64,000 nucleotides of DNA from Azolla caroliniana. Lineage: Eukaryota; Plantae; Polypodiophyta. The position numbers were made by a program, and so were the translations under genes. The stretch lies in assembly GCA_043228905.1 (NCBI GenBank), contig JBHGNT010000008.1:18476001-18540000 (forward strand). Direction: 5' to 3'. The notes beneath the pieces were generated by a model, which did no database searches, had not been told where the DNA came from, and saw only the letters and a list, made by a program, of their open reading frames with translations. The stretch's first letter is position 1. Every line of letters starts with the position of its first letter. Of this stretch, positions 11,131 to 23,125 are shown piece after piece.

Positions 11131-14100
11131 CCTGGCAAAGAGTGCTCTAAACAAAGACGAGCTCCCCTCCTCCTCAAGTGCTAGGTATGTCTCGTCAATA
11201 AGGGTGTAGGGTAGTAGTAGGGTACACATGGATAGAGGAACATGTGGGTGAAGGAAAGTAGATGATATGTCGAAAGAAGCAAGGCAACACATTATTGGCG
11301 GAGATAGGAGGACATGCAAGGAATCTGTCATTCTGACAAATAAGGTGGGTTGGATGGAAGAGGAGGATAGGGCTCCTCTCAGCAGCAAGGCGGCGACTGT
11401 ATATACAATCGACTGTACAGAGGATTCGAGGGTGCGAGGAGTGTTAGAGGTTTGGAATAAAGAGGTTGGGAAGCAAACAACTATGGGGAGATCATTCCAG
11501 CCATGCATTATGGCATGTGATGAGTGAGGGGAGGTAGCGGGGTTGCAAGCCGGGTCATCACAGGTGTTGGACTATGCTGCGGAGTTAGAAACCACAGAGG
11601 ACATGTTTCAAGTAGAAAATATTTTGCAGGAATGTGGTTAGGCGCATAATGTATGCCGGGGAAGGGGTCATGATAAAGAAATGGACATAAAGGACAGATT
11701 TGAGATATATTTTTTCCGAGGAAGCGAGCAAACTTTTGAATGCGGATATTGAAAGATTAAAGAAATGCTCGTTCATTTGTAAGCTACCTGGTAATAGGCC
11801 CACTAGAGGTATGGTTTGTAACATGATGCAAGTACTTAGCTCTTATGGATAGGGTCCCATAGATACTAAATGTTCATAATATGGGACAAAATTTCTTCCA
11901 TGTTGAAGTTGCTGAGGGGGGTGATGTATTGCAAATTATTGATATGAAATTTGTAGAGCTCAACTACGAAAGAGCTCTTATGTTGGAGTGGCATGCAAAC
12001 TTCAACATTTCTATGGTTTTTCCAAATATTCCTTGATAGTTACACCCCTTGATGCCAAAGATTGGGAATAAGATTGCCATAGTCTGTCCTTCAAAGGCAA
12101 CAATGGTTGATAAAATCCGGGATTTCCCTAAGATCAGAGTGCTTGTGCAAAGTTCATCCAAAATCCCCGCCTATAATCAGGGTTCATGATGTGGAAGCGG
12201 GACTAATAGATGTGGCAGTGGAATATGAGGGCTTACCTGGCCAATGTTTTTACTGTAAAGGAAGGGCCATATTGCTAAGGAATGTCCAAGAAGATCGACA
12301 GTAAGGTGAGGTTGGGACAACACAGAGGGTAGGTTGCTAGGCAAGAGAATATAGGGGTGGAAGGTCAGAGCACCCACAATGGGGCTGAGAAGGAGAAGTC
12401 TAAAGCAGCCGCCTAGACTCGAGTTTTCGGATGTAAAACTCGATTGCAACAAGAAGGAACCACAACTATGCCTCATGTAATGTTGAGAAATAGCTTTGTG
12501 GCATTGGAGGAAGATGAGGATTTGCTACAGGTCAAAGGACTATTAATGTTCAAAAGATGGTAGTGTGCACACATGATGCCATGTTAAACAATACAAAATT
12601 CAATGGGGAAAATGTCATGAGCACCCCCTCCCCCCTGGTAAAAGTGGAAGTATCAGACTAAGAGCGGTAAAAGAATGGTTACACAATGGGAGTTGTCAAG
12701 AAAGCTCACCCATCAACTCCGAAATCCAGAAGTTTCAAGAGACAAGACAACTATGAGGGTATATGTTCGAGTCCTGGTCAAATTTTTTCAGCTCAAAAGA
12801 TCAGTAAGGGATAGGTTTAGCAAGTAGACCCTCAAGATATTGACTGACTTGTGTCAGGAGGAAACCCCGGGGTTGAGGGTTTACATGGTTGCCATTGAAT
12901 GCAACAAGTTATTGAAAGTATGTTTATCTTTCGATTTGATATCGGTCAACAACATGGAATGGATCTCAAGCTCCATAGCAAGCAAGGTGATGAGGTGTTG
13001 CACTTCCACGAGGAGGAATTGGAAGATGTTATGAGGCATGATGTGTTGGGATGGGAGGCTAGGCGTGGACTCAGGGGGAGGGTCTATGTCCTTCATGGGA
13101 GACTTCACTCGTTTTTTCATGAAATTACTCACGTGGAACATACAAGGTCTAAGCGGTAGCAAATGTTTGTTGGAAAGGAAGAACCCTTGTCAGGAGTTCA
13201 AATCATCGAGTTTCAAGGGGGTCCCAGACATTTTGTTGTTGCAAGAGCACCATCTAACTGCAAATAGGATCTTGAATATTGGCAATCCTCTTGCGGGGGA
13301 TTGTCATACGTTTTGGTCCCCAACTTAGAGTGAGCACAGTAGGAAAGGAGGTGTGTATACATCTATCAGGAATTCTTCAGATGTTGTGGTGGGGTAGGAC
13401 ACCATAATGGAGGGACAACCATCTATGTGACTATCACATGGTATCAATGCATAATCGAGATAATAAACGTGTATGCGCCCAATTCGTCAACGAATCAAGC
13501 CCTTTTTTGGAGACAATTGGTCGATGGGCTACCGATTGCAGATGTGTGGATCCTCGCAGAGGATTTTAACATGTCTTTGTAAAAAGAGGACAATGTGGGG
13601 GGCATGCCAATGGTGGTGTAGGGGTCTAAGCTAGTTGCATGGGATTTGCAGATGGGTCGAATGGGAGTGAAAGATACCCGACATATAATAAAAAAGCCTC
13701 AAAGTTCGCTAAGCTTTTCGAGAGTAGGTAGCAATGTGAATGGCTTTTCCATGTCACACATAGATAGAATATACATTAGGTTGGAATTGGAAAAATATGA
13801 AACCAATGTTGAATCATTGCAAGTTCAGGTTACTATGATCATATGTTGGTTAAGATAACTCTAGTAACATAGAGGATTCCAACAAGGGATTGCAATCCAA
13901 GGTTCAACAAAAAACTTTTTGAGAGGATGAGTAGGACAATAAGGAGCATATGGGGAAGTAATTCGACTGGGTGTGTCTTTATTGATAAACTTCGAGGGAA
14001 GTTTATTGAAACCTCAATGTATCTGCACACATAGACTAAAAGTAGAATTGTGAGGTCTAAGGAGGAAGAAATGCGATTAAGGATATCAATAGTAATTGTT

Positions 14101-14601
14101 GAAAGATTGAACTTACAAAAAGATCCCAAGTGTCATTGGTCCAGGGCAGGCCTTGAGACTGCTACAGAAATGTTGTAGCGCTTGATTGCATGATTCTAGG
14201 AATACAATGCTTTTCAGGAGTTTTGCGACGTGATGGAGCAAAACTGGGGATAACATAAATAAACATTTTTCCATGCATAAAAAGCCTAGAACGAACTGTA
14301 TCTACAATCCAAAGCTAGTTAGGGAAGATGGTTCAATGTCAAAGGATGTTTCAGAGATCTTGGAGGCGATCACATCACACTATCATCAGTTGCTATCAGA
14401 TAGCTATAGTATCCCCGAATAGTCGACTCGAATAGAATTTGTGTTGGAGGGAATGCAACAAAGAATTTCAAATGTGGCACAAGATAATCTTTCGAGGCCT
14501 CTCTTGGAAGAGGAGGTAGTAGATGTGTTGGCAGGTATTTGCAAAATGTCCTCTCCAGGCTCCCATGGATTATCAAGAGACTTTTTCGAAAACTTTTGGG
14601 A

Positions 14602-15768
14602 TGTCACGGAAATCCGCGCATGCGTGTCGAAAATGACGGGACCATAGTAGTCTTGGACTAGGAAGGGGTTAGGAGAAAGAAGAAGAGATTAACACGGAAA
14701 GAGAAGTAGATCGAGACAAGATACATCAACAAATTACATTAAGAAACCACCATATGATTTACAACCATGGCCATATAGGCCATATGCAAACACCACTAGA
14801 TTGAGCTCTAATCGGATAGGTAAAGAAGAAGAAGAATGAAATCCTAATGGTCTACACAAACCTGCAAAATGACGACCCAAAGAAACCCAAAAGTTGAAGC
14901 CCTTTATAAAATAGGGTTTGGTTACAATGTGGCGACTTCTAATTAACCACAAGCTTAACAAAACACAAATAGTGAATGCCCTTCGGGACAAGAGTAAATC
15001 CGAACACCGAGCACAAAAACGAAGAAGACGAGCACATCACACCACAAAAATGCCGACCCCAACGAACCACAACCACCCGAACGGTGAGCACACGAGCTCA
15101 CAACGATGAATGGGGGTGAAGCAATGCCGAACCAACAAGGCTCAGACTCACGAGCACCGTAAACGACCCGAGCACTTCGAGTGCCAACACAAAGAAGACG
15201 AGCACGTGCTGATGAGGGGATGAAGGGGTATGAGATGAAGAAAAATGGTGAAGATGATGATGAAGCGCTCCGAAAGAAAAATGACGATAGTCTCCTCCTC
15301 CCAAAAAGTCCTCCCAAATGAGCCCCCCTTGACCTCCTTTTATAGGAAAAAAGGGAAGGGGGGGTCGTCACATTCGTTTTCAATGCAAACGGAACAAAAT
15401 TTCTTAAATCACTCTACATTCTCAGACAAGATTTAAACCGTGCACCTTTAGCTAAGAGTCAATATGTCTATCCACTAGCCCATTAACTCCCTATTATTCA
15501 TAGTATATCTTATTAATTTACAAATCCACAATCTATCTCTTTGCTACCTTTCATCTCCCCTCCCTCTTACTTTTCACCTCTCCTCCCTCTTACCTTTCAT
15601 ATCTCCTCTCTCTTTTACACGAGTTTCTACACCTCTTTTGCACCCTTCCTTTTTCCTTTTCTTTTCCATGTGCACAATTAATTGACTTTGTGTGCACACA
15701 CGTTGCACATGCACATTTCGACCCCCTATCACCGGATTTTTCCCACTCGAGCATGCCACATCACGACA
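14602..15768. mobile_element. Solo LTR (TGTCACG..CACGACA family) inserted in LINE copy 3
   Basis: TG..CA termini. Interrupts FFENFW-D|MIKS of ORF2. Shares the GCCACATCAYGACA end and CCTAATGGTCTAC motifs with 16369-24338. TSD not clean. Confidence 0.75.
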
Positions 15769-15886
15769 ACATGATCAAGTCTAATTTGGTTGATGGGCTA
15801 AAAGAATCATCGGATGTTGGGTGCTTACCTACTCAATTTCAAGAGAGGTTGATATGTCTAATTCCTAAGGTACAAGGTGTAATAAC

Positions 15887-16334
15887 TGTTGAGCGGACAA
15901 GCTGAACCGGATCCGGATCAGCTAAATAAGCCGGACAGGATCAGTATTCGGAACGGAGAATCGGTTAGGTATCCAGAATCAAGAGCCGGATTGGAGAGAC
16001 GAATCGGATTGTAACCGGTACGTTGTTAGAGGCCTACAGATCTAGCCTAGTATGTAGGCATATTCCTTGGAGTTAGTGTCAGTCGCTCATATGAGCATTG
16101 AAGTACATGTCAATACTTCTGTCAGACCTTTAAGGACTTGTATAAAAAGTGTTTTGTAGTACATTTGTATGTAAAGAATGTTAGTTTTTAATTTAGCTTA
16201 TGATGTTCTACTCTCTCTCTGTCTCTCCCCCTCTCTGCCTATGTGTGATTCAAGCTTCCATTAAACCTGTGTGTATTTTCTGTTGCTATCTAGGTAAACC
16301 GTTTTATCAAAGCATCTGCATATTAACTTTGACA
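15887..16334 (+). mobile_element. 448-bp solo LTR
   Basis: TGTTGAG..TTTGACA termini with perfect 5-bp TSD ATAAC (15882-15886 / 16335-16339). The same LTR family recurs on the minus strand at ~45738-46185. Confidence 0.88.
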
Positions 16335-18090
16335 ATAACTTAAGCAAGGCAATGGAGACCGATCACGTTGTTGCAAATATTTCGCACCTATGTGTCAAAT
16401 TGGGCGTGACCACTAGGGTCACGGAATAGGGAGTCGGAGGGCAAAGGTCTTGTGCTTTACGGATTCGACCCGTCGGCTTTCAGCCCACGTTGGCTTTTGG
16501 TTCAGTGGCTTCCGACCACGTCGGCCTCCCACGATGTTAGGGTTCAGCGTGATTAATGCGATGACTCGAGTGAAGATTCATATGCGATTAAGAAGATTTT
16601 ACACTAGATTAGGGCAAAACATAAACGTGTTAACATTCAAAATTAGGGGTTTTACAATAAATCGGCTTAGCACCATGACTTCGGTGGTTTTTATAAGAAG
16701 TGTTCACATGATCAAACAAACGGCAATGACTACAACCATTAAAAAAAGGGAGGCTAAAAGAACCAGTGAAGGCGAGTCTAGTGGGCTCCGAGCACAACTA
16801 TTTCCAACAGCCACATTGTCTCGAACTGGTGTAGCTCTCGTGCCACAATGACCTCTCTTCCACGACCGGCCACCAAGTTAGTTCATCCTTGACCCGAAAC
16901 CACCATCACACCAAGCACTCTCCATCGTGCGAGGACGACCAAACCATCCAGCATACGATTGCCGAAATGCCGAAAGGAGTCACCATTGAATAAACCCAAA
17001 CAAATTTACCTCTCGTGCAAGAAGAGAGACGAAACCAAAACACACACCCTAAACTCCCACAAAGAAGGCACTTTTAAGGATCTATGTATCGATGGAGTAA
17101 GCTCCTCGATGTCGTGGCGGGATTCGGACCGGCGTATACCCTCTTGATGGCGAATCGAGCGGAGATAGTTGTCAGATACCTCCGAGCCTCACACTCACTT
17201 AACGATTAGTAAATGATTGAGCACGATATCTCTCTCACTCTCTCAAGCTCTCTCTCATAGACAATAGGTTAATACGTATAGACAATAAGAAGGAAGAGTA
17301 TGTTTATTAACCCTCTTTGCTAAGAGGTCTAGCACCAACAAGGAGAGAGATTAGTGTTCTCTAACTAAACTCCTCACTAATCTCTCTTAAGCTCAAAGGT
17401 TACAAGAAGGAGGAGAGGAAGATCTAGCTCTAATCAATAGGAGATCTTTACAAATGGGAGAACCCTTACAAAGCCACCACCATGTGGTTTATATAGTATT
17501 TACATTTAGGGTATGGACCTTTCACACTCCGATGTCCTTTAGCCCTCTTTCCTCTTGTCATTCCCTCTTCGTAGGTCCCTTAGCCATATTGTGTCCTTGT
17601 TGATGCGCTCTTCTTAACGACTGGTCGTGGTGCTATCCAAGGGCTTAACATCCCCCCCAACCTAATGAGTGCACACTCCCGGGTGCATTGTGGGAGGGTA
17701 GCTTCGGGTGGTAGTTCTATGGGGCATTTAGGCTCTTAGTTGCCAAGTCCGTTCGGGGCCTATGGGCTTAACCTAGGAGGGGTATTTGGTCGATGTGCGC
17801 AGTTGTCGGGTGTCCCGTGCAGTCGTGGTATAGTCGTTGGTGGGAAGCCGGCTTCGTTTCGGAACCCAGAAGCTAGTGGCACCTTTGTGCCAACCTTGGG
17901 CATTTGTGAGTGCTTTTATGACTCGCCAAATAGCATGTTCTCTGCGGCGTGGTCCTTCGGTGAAAGTTGCATGGACGTTCACCCATTTGCGTGGCGGATC
18001 TTTGTTCCAATGTTAGCATTTCTCTGGTCGTGGGTGGCTGGTGGTTGTGCACGTTCTTTTTGGTTGGGTGGGTTCGCGCTCTCGAGTTCA

Positions 18091-18783
18091 TCAACATCGG
18101 TGGGGCGTGATTCGAGAGTTGTTGTAACAAGTTTCTCGGAAGGAGACATTTGCAGTTTGGAAGGAGACGATGTTCTTGCTTGGCGATAGGAGACATTCGC
18201 TTATGTGACACCAATCCAAACCGTGGAGGCATGGGGTGTACAACACTTTTGGTGGGAGGACCCAAATGTAAATTGAGTGCTCACTATATTTTTTCTTGAT
18301 GTTACACACGAAGGTTCCGAGGCAGGGCGATGTAGAACCATTGAAGCCAAGGGATTTGTCGTTGCATACTTCGAGGTTTGGGGAACCTAGATCTTCCCAC
18401 GTTTCGAAGGAGAAAAGGGATAGTGATGCTCCAGTGTCGATCACTACTATTAGAGGTACATTGTCGGCGAAGCATGGTAAGTGTGTCGTCATGTCAATAG
18501 AGGTGCGTTGTGGTCTCTTACAAGCCACCGCCCTACTCCCTTGTTCATAGAGTTTGAATTGTTCCGGGAAGTCCACCTCTGTCGAGGTTTGCCCAGTGGT
18601 CGCATCCTCTTCCTGGCGCGTGATTCGTTGCCCTAGGCCTGCGTCTCTTACGTCTGTCTGTTTTCGTCGAGTTACGAGAGTGGTGACATTAAAACACGAG
18701 ATCGTGTCTCCATCCTCATCGTGACACTTTGTACCAATAGGGTACATTGCATCGGTCGTGGCGAGGGCGTGCACCCAATTCAT
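18091..18783 (-). CDS. Retropepsin-like aspartic protease domain 2
   Basis: VPLIVVIDTGASLSLFS (DTG at 18438-18430), followed by ...PCLHGLDWC. Confidence 0.82.
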   Translation of the reverse strand: MNWVHALATTDAMYPIGTKCHDEDGDTISCFNVTTLVTRRKQTDVRDAGLGQRITRQEEDATTGQTSTEVDFPEQFKLYEQGSRAVACKRPQRTSIDMTTHLPCFADNVPLIVVIDTGASLSLFSFETWEDLGSPNLEVCNDKSLGFNGSTSPCLGTFVCNIKKKYSEHSIYIWVLPPKVLYTPCLHGLDWCHISECLLSPSKNIVSFQTANVSFRETCYNNSRITPHRC

Positions 18784-18942
18784 CTCTGACGCATCAGAGG
18801 CTACGGATTGGTCTTCTCTTTCTCCAGCGTTCTCAGCCTTAGGATTAGTGAATTTTTTAGGAAACAGCTAACCGCTAGCGAAGATTTGGACTGTCTTTGT
18901 AGGGTTACAATTCTGGAGGTTAGTCTCGAACTCGGTGGTTTT

Positions 18943-19360
18943 TTACCAGTCCTCCACGAGAGGGTTACCTTCTTGTTCGTGCACCTTTTGTGTGTATGCT
19001 TTGATGCGGAAGGTTTTGTTGTTTTTGCGCATGTAGATTGTATCATTCCCAAAATCCATGACGAGGCGGCTTACATGTAGGAATGGTCTCCCTAGTAAAC
19101 ACTCGTAAGCCACATGATTGGATGATCTTGTGACGACAAAGGTGAGATTGAACTCGACCCCGTGGATAGTGAAGTGGTGTGGAGGGATCATGCCTTCTGG
19201 CCGTTGGATAGACCCATCTTCCATTCGGAGTTTGACGTCCGAAGGAAACATTTTTGGGCTCCCCCACTTACACCAACCTTCATAGCTGACTATGCTTACC
19301 TCCACTCCAGTGTCGATGATCGCGTCATACGTCGTGCCGTTGACGCAGACGGGAAGAGTG
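18943..19360 (-). CDS. Retropepsin-like aspartic protease domain 1
   Basis: Frame upstream of ORF 18943-19305 reads LPVCVNGTTYDAIIDTGVEVSIVS (DTG at 19314-19306), followed by ...ECLLGRPFL. Confidence 0.85.
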
Positions 19361-20444
19361 AAACTAGTGTCGTCGCTCTTGAAGTGAGCTTCACATATAT
19401 CGACCGGCGTTCCTTAGGGTCGTTTGGAGACTGTGGTCGTATGAGGGAGGAGTGTGTGTATCTTTTCTCCATAACCCGCTGACAGGCCTCCTTTGAGGCG
19501 CCGAAGGACGCCGTGCCATGGTTGGATGTCGAGTTGGAGCAACTCTTCAAGTGTGAACTCTATTTCCTTGGCGAGTATAGGTTGTAGTTGGGGGTTGTCA
19601 GTCACAAAGGTGCCGGTGTAGCTCTGTACTTCGCGTAATGTGAGTCATAATTTCAAATTTAATATTTGTTGGAGCAAGACTGTGTTGACTTCTTTGATTG
19701 GGGTAGATTGGGAGATGGGAGTGTCGGTTGGTGTTACGATGTGGGGGGGTGTACTCGTGTGTTGGGGTGGAGAATTTACCCATTCTTCGAGCTGGTTTAA
19801 GTTTAGGCTCGGAAGACTAAGCGATCTTTCGCACTGTTCGTGTCGGATGAGTTTGATGTACTCTTCAACCTTTTGTTTTTTAGCTACTGGGTTTGGGCAT
19901 GCTGCTAGGTGTGCCGGCAGCTCTTGGTTAGGGTTGACGGGTATTGTTTCTACGTCTCCCTTCGGTTCTTGTTCTTGCTTTGAGGCCTGCGTGGATGCAT
20001 TTTTTTTAGATTTTTGTCTCTTATGCGTAGTCGTGGGGGGGCCTTGGTCGTGACACTTTAAGTTATGAGTTATTCTTTGAGCTCGTGTGATGACGTTGGT
20101 GCCAACCGTTGATGGTACGATAGATAATAGGTTTGCGCCAATCCTTTTCTTTTTTTCTGGGCAATCGGGTACTAAGTGATCTTTACAACACCCTAGGCAT
20201 GATGCTTCTCTTTGGAACCACTCGATAACGTCCTGTGACTGTTGAGTGAGACTTTGCACCGGTGGTTGTGGGGTTGTTTCGAGTGAGGGTTGTCGTGGTC
20301 ATTGTGCCATCGGGTTGTAGTATTCATGTTTGGTTGGGCACTCGCTAACCATGTGTGGGCCTTGGTAATTGAAACATTTCAATTCCGGCCTCCTTAGACC
20401 ACTATTGTTGCGATATCCCGTCGACGGCCCCTGTTGTTCTCCTC

Positions 20445-21623
20445 TCAAGACGTAGACTGGTATTTGGTCGCCTTCGAAGTCGACAAAGTGGGAAAGCACC
20501 TCTTCTTCAACACCATACCCCCGGTATGCTTCATATTCGGGGGTGCCCCCCCAACTTGAGTTTGGTTATTGGTGGTATATTCTAGTTCAGTGAGGCGAGT
20601 GCCAATACGCGGTAGTGGGGGTTGTTGGGGAAGTATTGCTGGTAGTTGTGGGCTGCTAAACGGTGGAGGTGAGTGTGGGTGCTCTACCATTGGTGTTTGG
20701 TTATACCTTCTGTTTGGGGCTTGCCAACAATTCTCTTGAGAATGCATCACGAAAGCTTTGCACCACTTACAGTATTGCGGTCGTCGCTGGTGGAGGAGGG
20801 GGCACTCATGCCCCGTGTGATGGCCATGGCATACTGTACACCTTACATTTTCTCTTTGGGCATATGCTTGGTGTCTTTCTATACGGGGTGGTCTCGGTGG
20901 CATGGGTAGAGTGGGGTCTGAGGGCTTCTCACGGTTGTTCGTAGGTGCTTGAGTGGGTATCCATAACCCGCTCATTAAATCCTCGAAGGTCATCACTACC
21001 GTGCAAGCTTCAGCGAACGACCGACACATCCTCACAATCAGGAAGTTTTGGAGCGTCGGATCGAACAACCCATTGATGAAGCGGCTCATCAATTTGTCAT
21101 CTGACATCTTGTCGCTCGGGCTACAATGATGGTGCAAGCTTTTCGTGCGGCGTATGTAGTCCCTGACCGTCTCGTTCGCTTCTTGCTTGAGGGTGAAAAG
21201 TTGGCCGATCGGGTTCCATTTATTCCCTTGACGAGCGAAGTTTATCAAGAAATCTTCAATGACGCACCCGAAGTCCGCGACGATGTCTTCATTCAAGGTT
21301 CTAAACCAAATTCCGGCTTGTTCATCAAGTGTAAGCCCAAATGCGGCTACTTTGGTGGTCTCTGTGAGGGGTTCATAAGCCGGACATATCTGTTTGAACC
21401 TCTCGATGTGATCATAGGCGTCACCGAAACCGAGGAAACGGGGTACTAGTTTAGAAATGGAAGCACTCTTCCCACTGTCATTTGTAGGGTTTCTCGAATG
21501 GTCCGTAGGTGCTCGCTCTTTTTCCATCAATGCCACGAGGGTTTGGATGGATTGTAACGCTAGTGCGAGTTCGGCGATTGGGGATGTCGAGGCAGTTTGC
21601 TCGAGTGTAGGGGTCGTGTCCAT
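20445..21623 (-). CDS. Gag (retrotransposon capsid plus Cys/His knuckles) of the nested LTR element; part of a longer interrupted polyprotein
   Basis: 392-aa ORF with PRFLGFGDAYDHIERF, AGIWFRTL, LKQEANETVRDYIRR, RFINGL, and the knuckles CTVCHGHHTGHEC and CKWCKAFVMHSQENC. Further knuckles follow (CFNYQGPHMVSEC, CLGCCKDHLVPDC). Confidence 0.85.
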   Translation of the reverse strand: MDTTPTLEQTASTSPIAELALALQSIQTLVALMEKERAPTDHSRNPTNDSGKSASISKLVPRFLGFGDAYDHIERFKQICPAYEPLTETTKVAAFGLTLDEQAGIWFRTLNEDIVADFGCVIEDFLINFARQGNKWNPIGQLFTLKQEANETVRDYIRRTKSLHHHCSPSDKMSDDKLMSRFINGLFDPTLQNFLIVRMCRSFAEACTVVMTFEDLMSGLWIPTQAPTNNREKPSDPTLPMPPRPPRIERHQAYAQRENVRCTVCHGHHTGHECPLLHQRRPQYCKWCKAFVMHSQENCWQAPNRRYNQTPMVEHPHSPPPFSSPQLPAILPQQPPLPRIGTRLTELEYTTNNQTQVGGAPPNMKHTGGMVLKKRCFPTLSTSKATKYQSTS

Positions 21624-22149
21624 CTATGGTGGTGTTGGGTGTCGTTGCGTGTGGGCTTCGTTTGGACTGTCGCCCATTGTGCTCGAATGCGGCGCGGGGC
21701 TGCGCTCACGGCCTCGACGGTGCATACGCGACGATACTTCTAGGAGGTGAAGTTTCTGTTGCACTCGTGCGAATCTATCTTTCCTTTCTGCCAAAGCGGC
21801 TTCGATATCTTTTGCGAGTTGTACTGCCCATATATTGATTTCTTGTTCTATCACCCGTAACTCCTGTGCGGCATCCCGTATGTGTCACTCTACGCTGAGT
21901 GGGTCTGCCATTGGGCTCTCCTGTAGTGGGGGCGTGGTGAGAGGTGCATTAGTTCCTGGGTTCGATGGTAGGTTCATGTTTGGTAGCGTCCCTGGAGTTA
22001 GCCACCCTCTATGGTACCGAGTCGGGTTAGGTGGGTCAGCATCGTGTGTTTGGTTGGTTTGGGTGGACTCCTCCTAGCATGTGGGTCAGGTTTTGAACAT
22101 CTCTGTCCATGAGGATCTGCCATGTTTTCTTGTCAAGCTTTTACAGGTT

Positions 22150-22505
22150 CGTCGAACCTCAATCTTCGTCGGGAGACGTGGGTTCGTAGAACTTTGATCT
22201 TTTGCCAAAGGATGTGGGTTCGTCGAACTTTGCTCTTTTGTCAAATGATGAACTTTCGCCGAATGATGAATGAGCCTTCGTCGAATGATGAACCTTCGCC
22301 GAATGATGAATGAGCCTTCGTCGAATGATGAACCTTTGTCGAATGATTGATGAGCCTTCATCGAATTAAGAACCTTCACCGAATGATGAACCTTCGTCAA
22401 ATGATGAATATTCGTCGAATGATGAACCTTCGTCGAATGATGAATCTTCGTCGAATGAAGAACCTTCGTCGAATGATGAGGTCATCGAAGGATGAACCTT
22501 CGTCA
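22150..22505. repeat. Tandem ~18-22-bp repeat (GAATGATGAACCTTCGTC) in the 5' leader of the LTR element
   Basis: More than a dozen degenerate consecutive units are visible. Confidence 0.9.
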
Positions 22506-22719
22506 AACTTTGCGTGGGAAATTCAAACTTTTGGCGCCAACGGTCGTTTCGTGTCCCGTGGGATGATCGTAAGCCGCGAGACTCGTGGTGGTTATGCTTG
22601 CCCTGTAACGGCTCAATCTCCACAATGTTTAGTGTTAACCGAACGAATAGCGTGTTGATGTCCAGGCGATTTAAGGGGGGTAGTTCAAAACTTCTTTTTA
22701 AAAAAAACAAAAAAAATAC

Positions 22720-23125
22720 AACTTAATTAAACTATGAAATAGTGAGAGAAAAACAAAAAATTCAACTTAATTAAACTATGAAATAGTGAGAGAAAAACAA
22801 AAAATTCAACTTAATTAAACTATGAATTAGTGAGGAAAAACAGAAAATCAACTTAATTAAACTATGAAATAGTGAAAAAAACCAGAAAATCAACTTAATT
22901 AAACTATGAATTAGTGAGGAAAAACAGAAAATCAACTTAATTAAACTATGAATTAGTGAGGAAAAATAGAAATTCAACTTAATTAAACAATGAAATAGTG
23001 AAAAAAAAACAAAAAATCAACTTAATTAAACTATGAAATAGTGAAAAAAAACAGAAAATCAACTTTATTAAACTATGAATTAGTGAGGAAAAACAGAAAT
23101 TCAACTTAATTAAACTATGAATTTG
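22720..23125. repeat. Tandem 42-44-bp repeat (~10 units; core AACTTAATTAAACTATGAAWTAGTGA) in the 5' leader of the LTR element
   Basis: Core starts at ~22720, 22764, 22808, 22850, 22892, 22934, 22976, 23019, 23061 and 23103. Confidence 0.92.

Noticed and set aside
22532-22548. TGGCGCCAACGG as a second primer-binding site
   Set aside because: Not adjacent to an identifiable LTR end and in the wrong orientation for the host element.
17740-22726. Many plus-strand ORFs of 60-150 aa
   Set aside because: Antisense shadows of the GC-richer gag-protease region and its leader repeats; no motifs recognised.
22720-23125. Regularly spaced ~26-bp conserved cores resembling a CRISPR array
   Set aside because: The spacers are near-identical A-rich linkers rather than unique sequences, there are no cas genes, and the array lies inside a plant LTR element.
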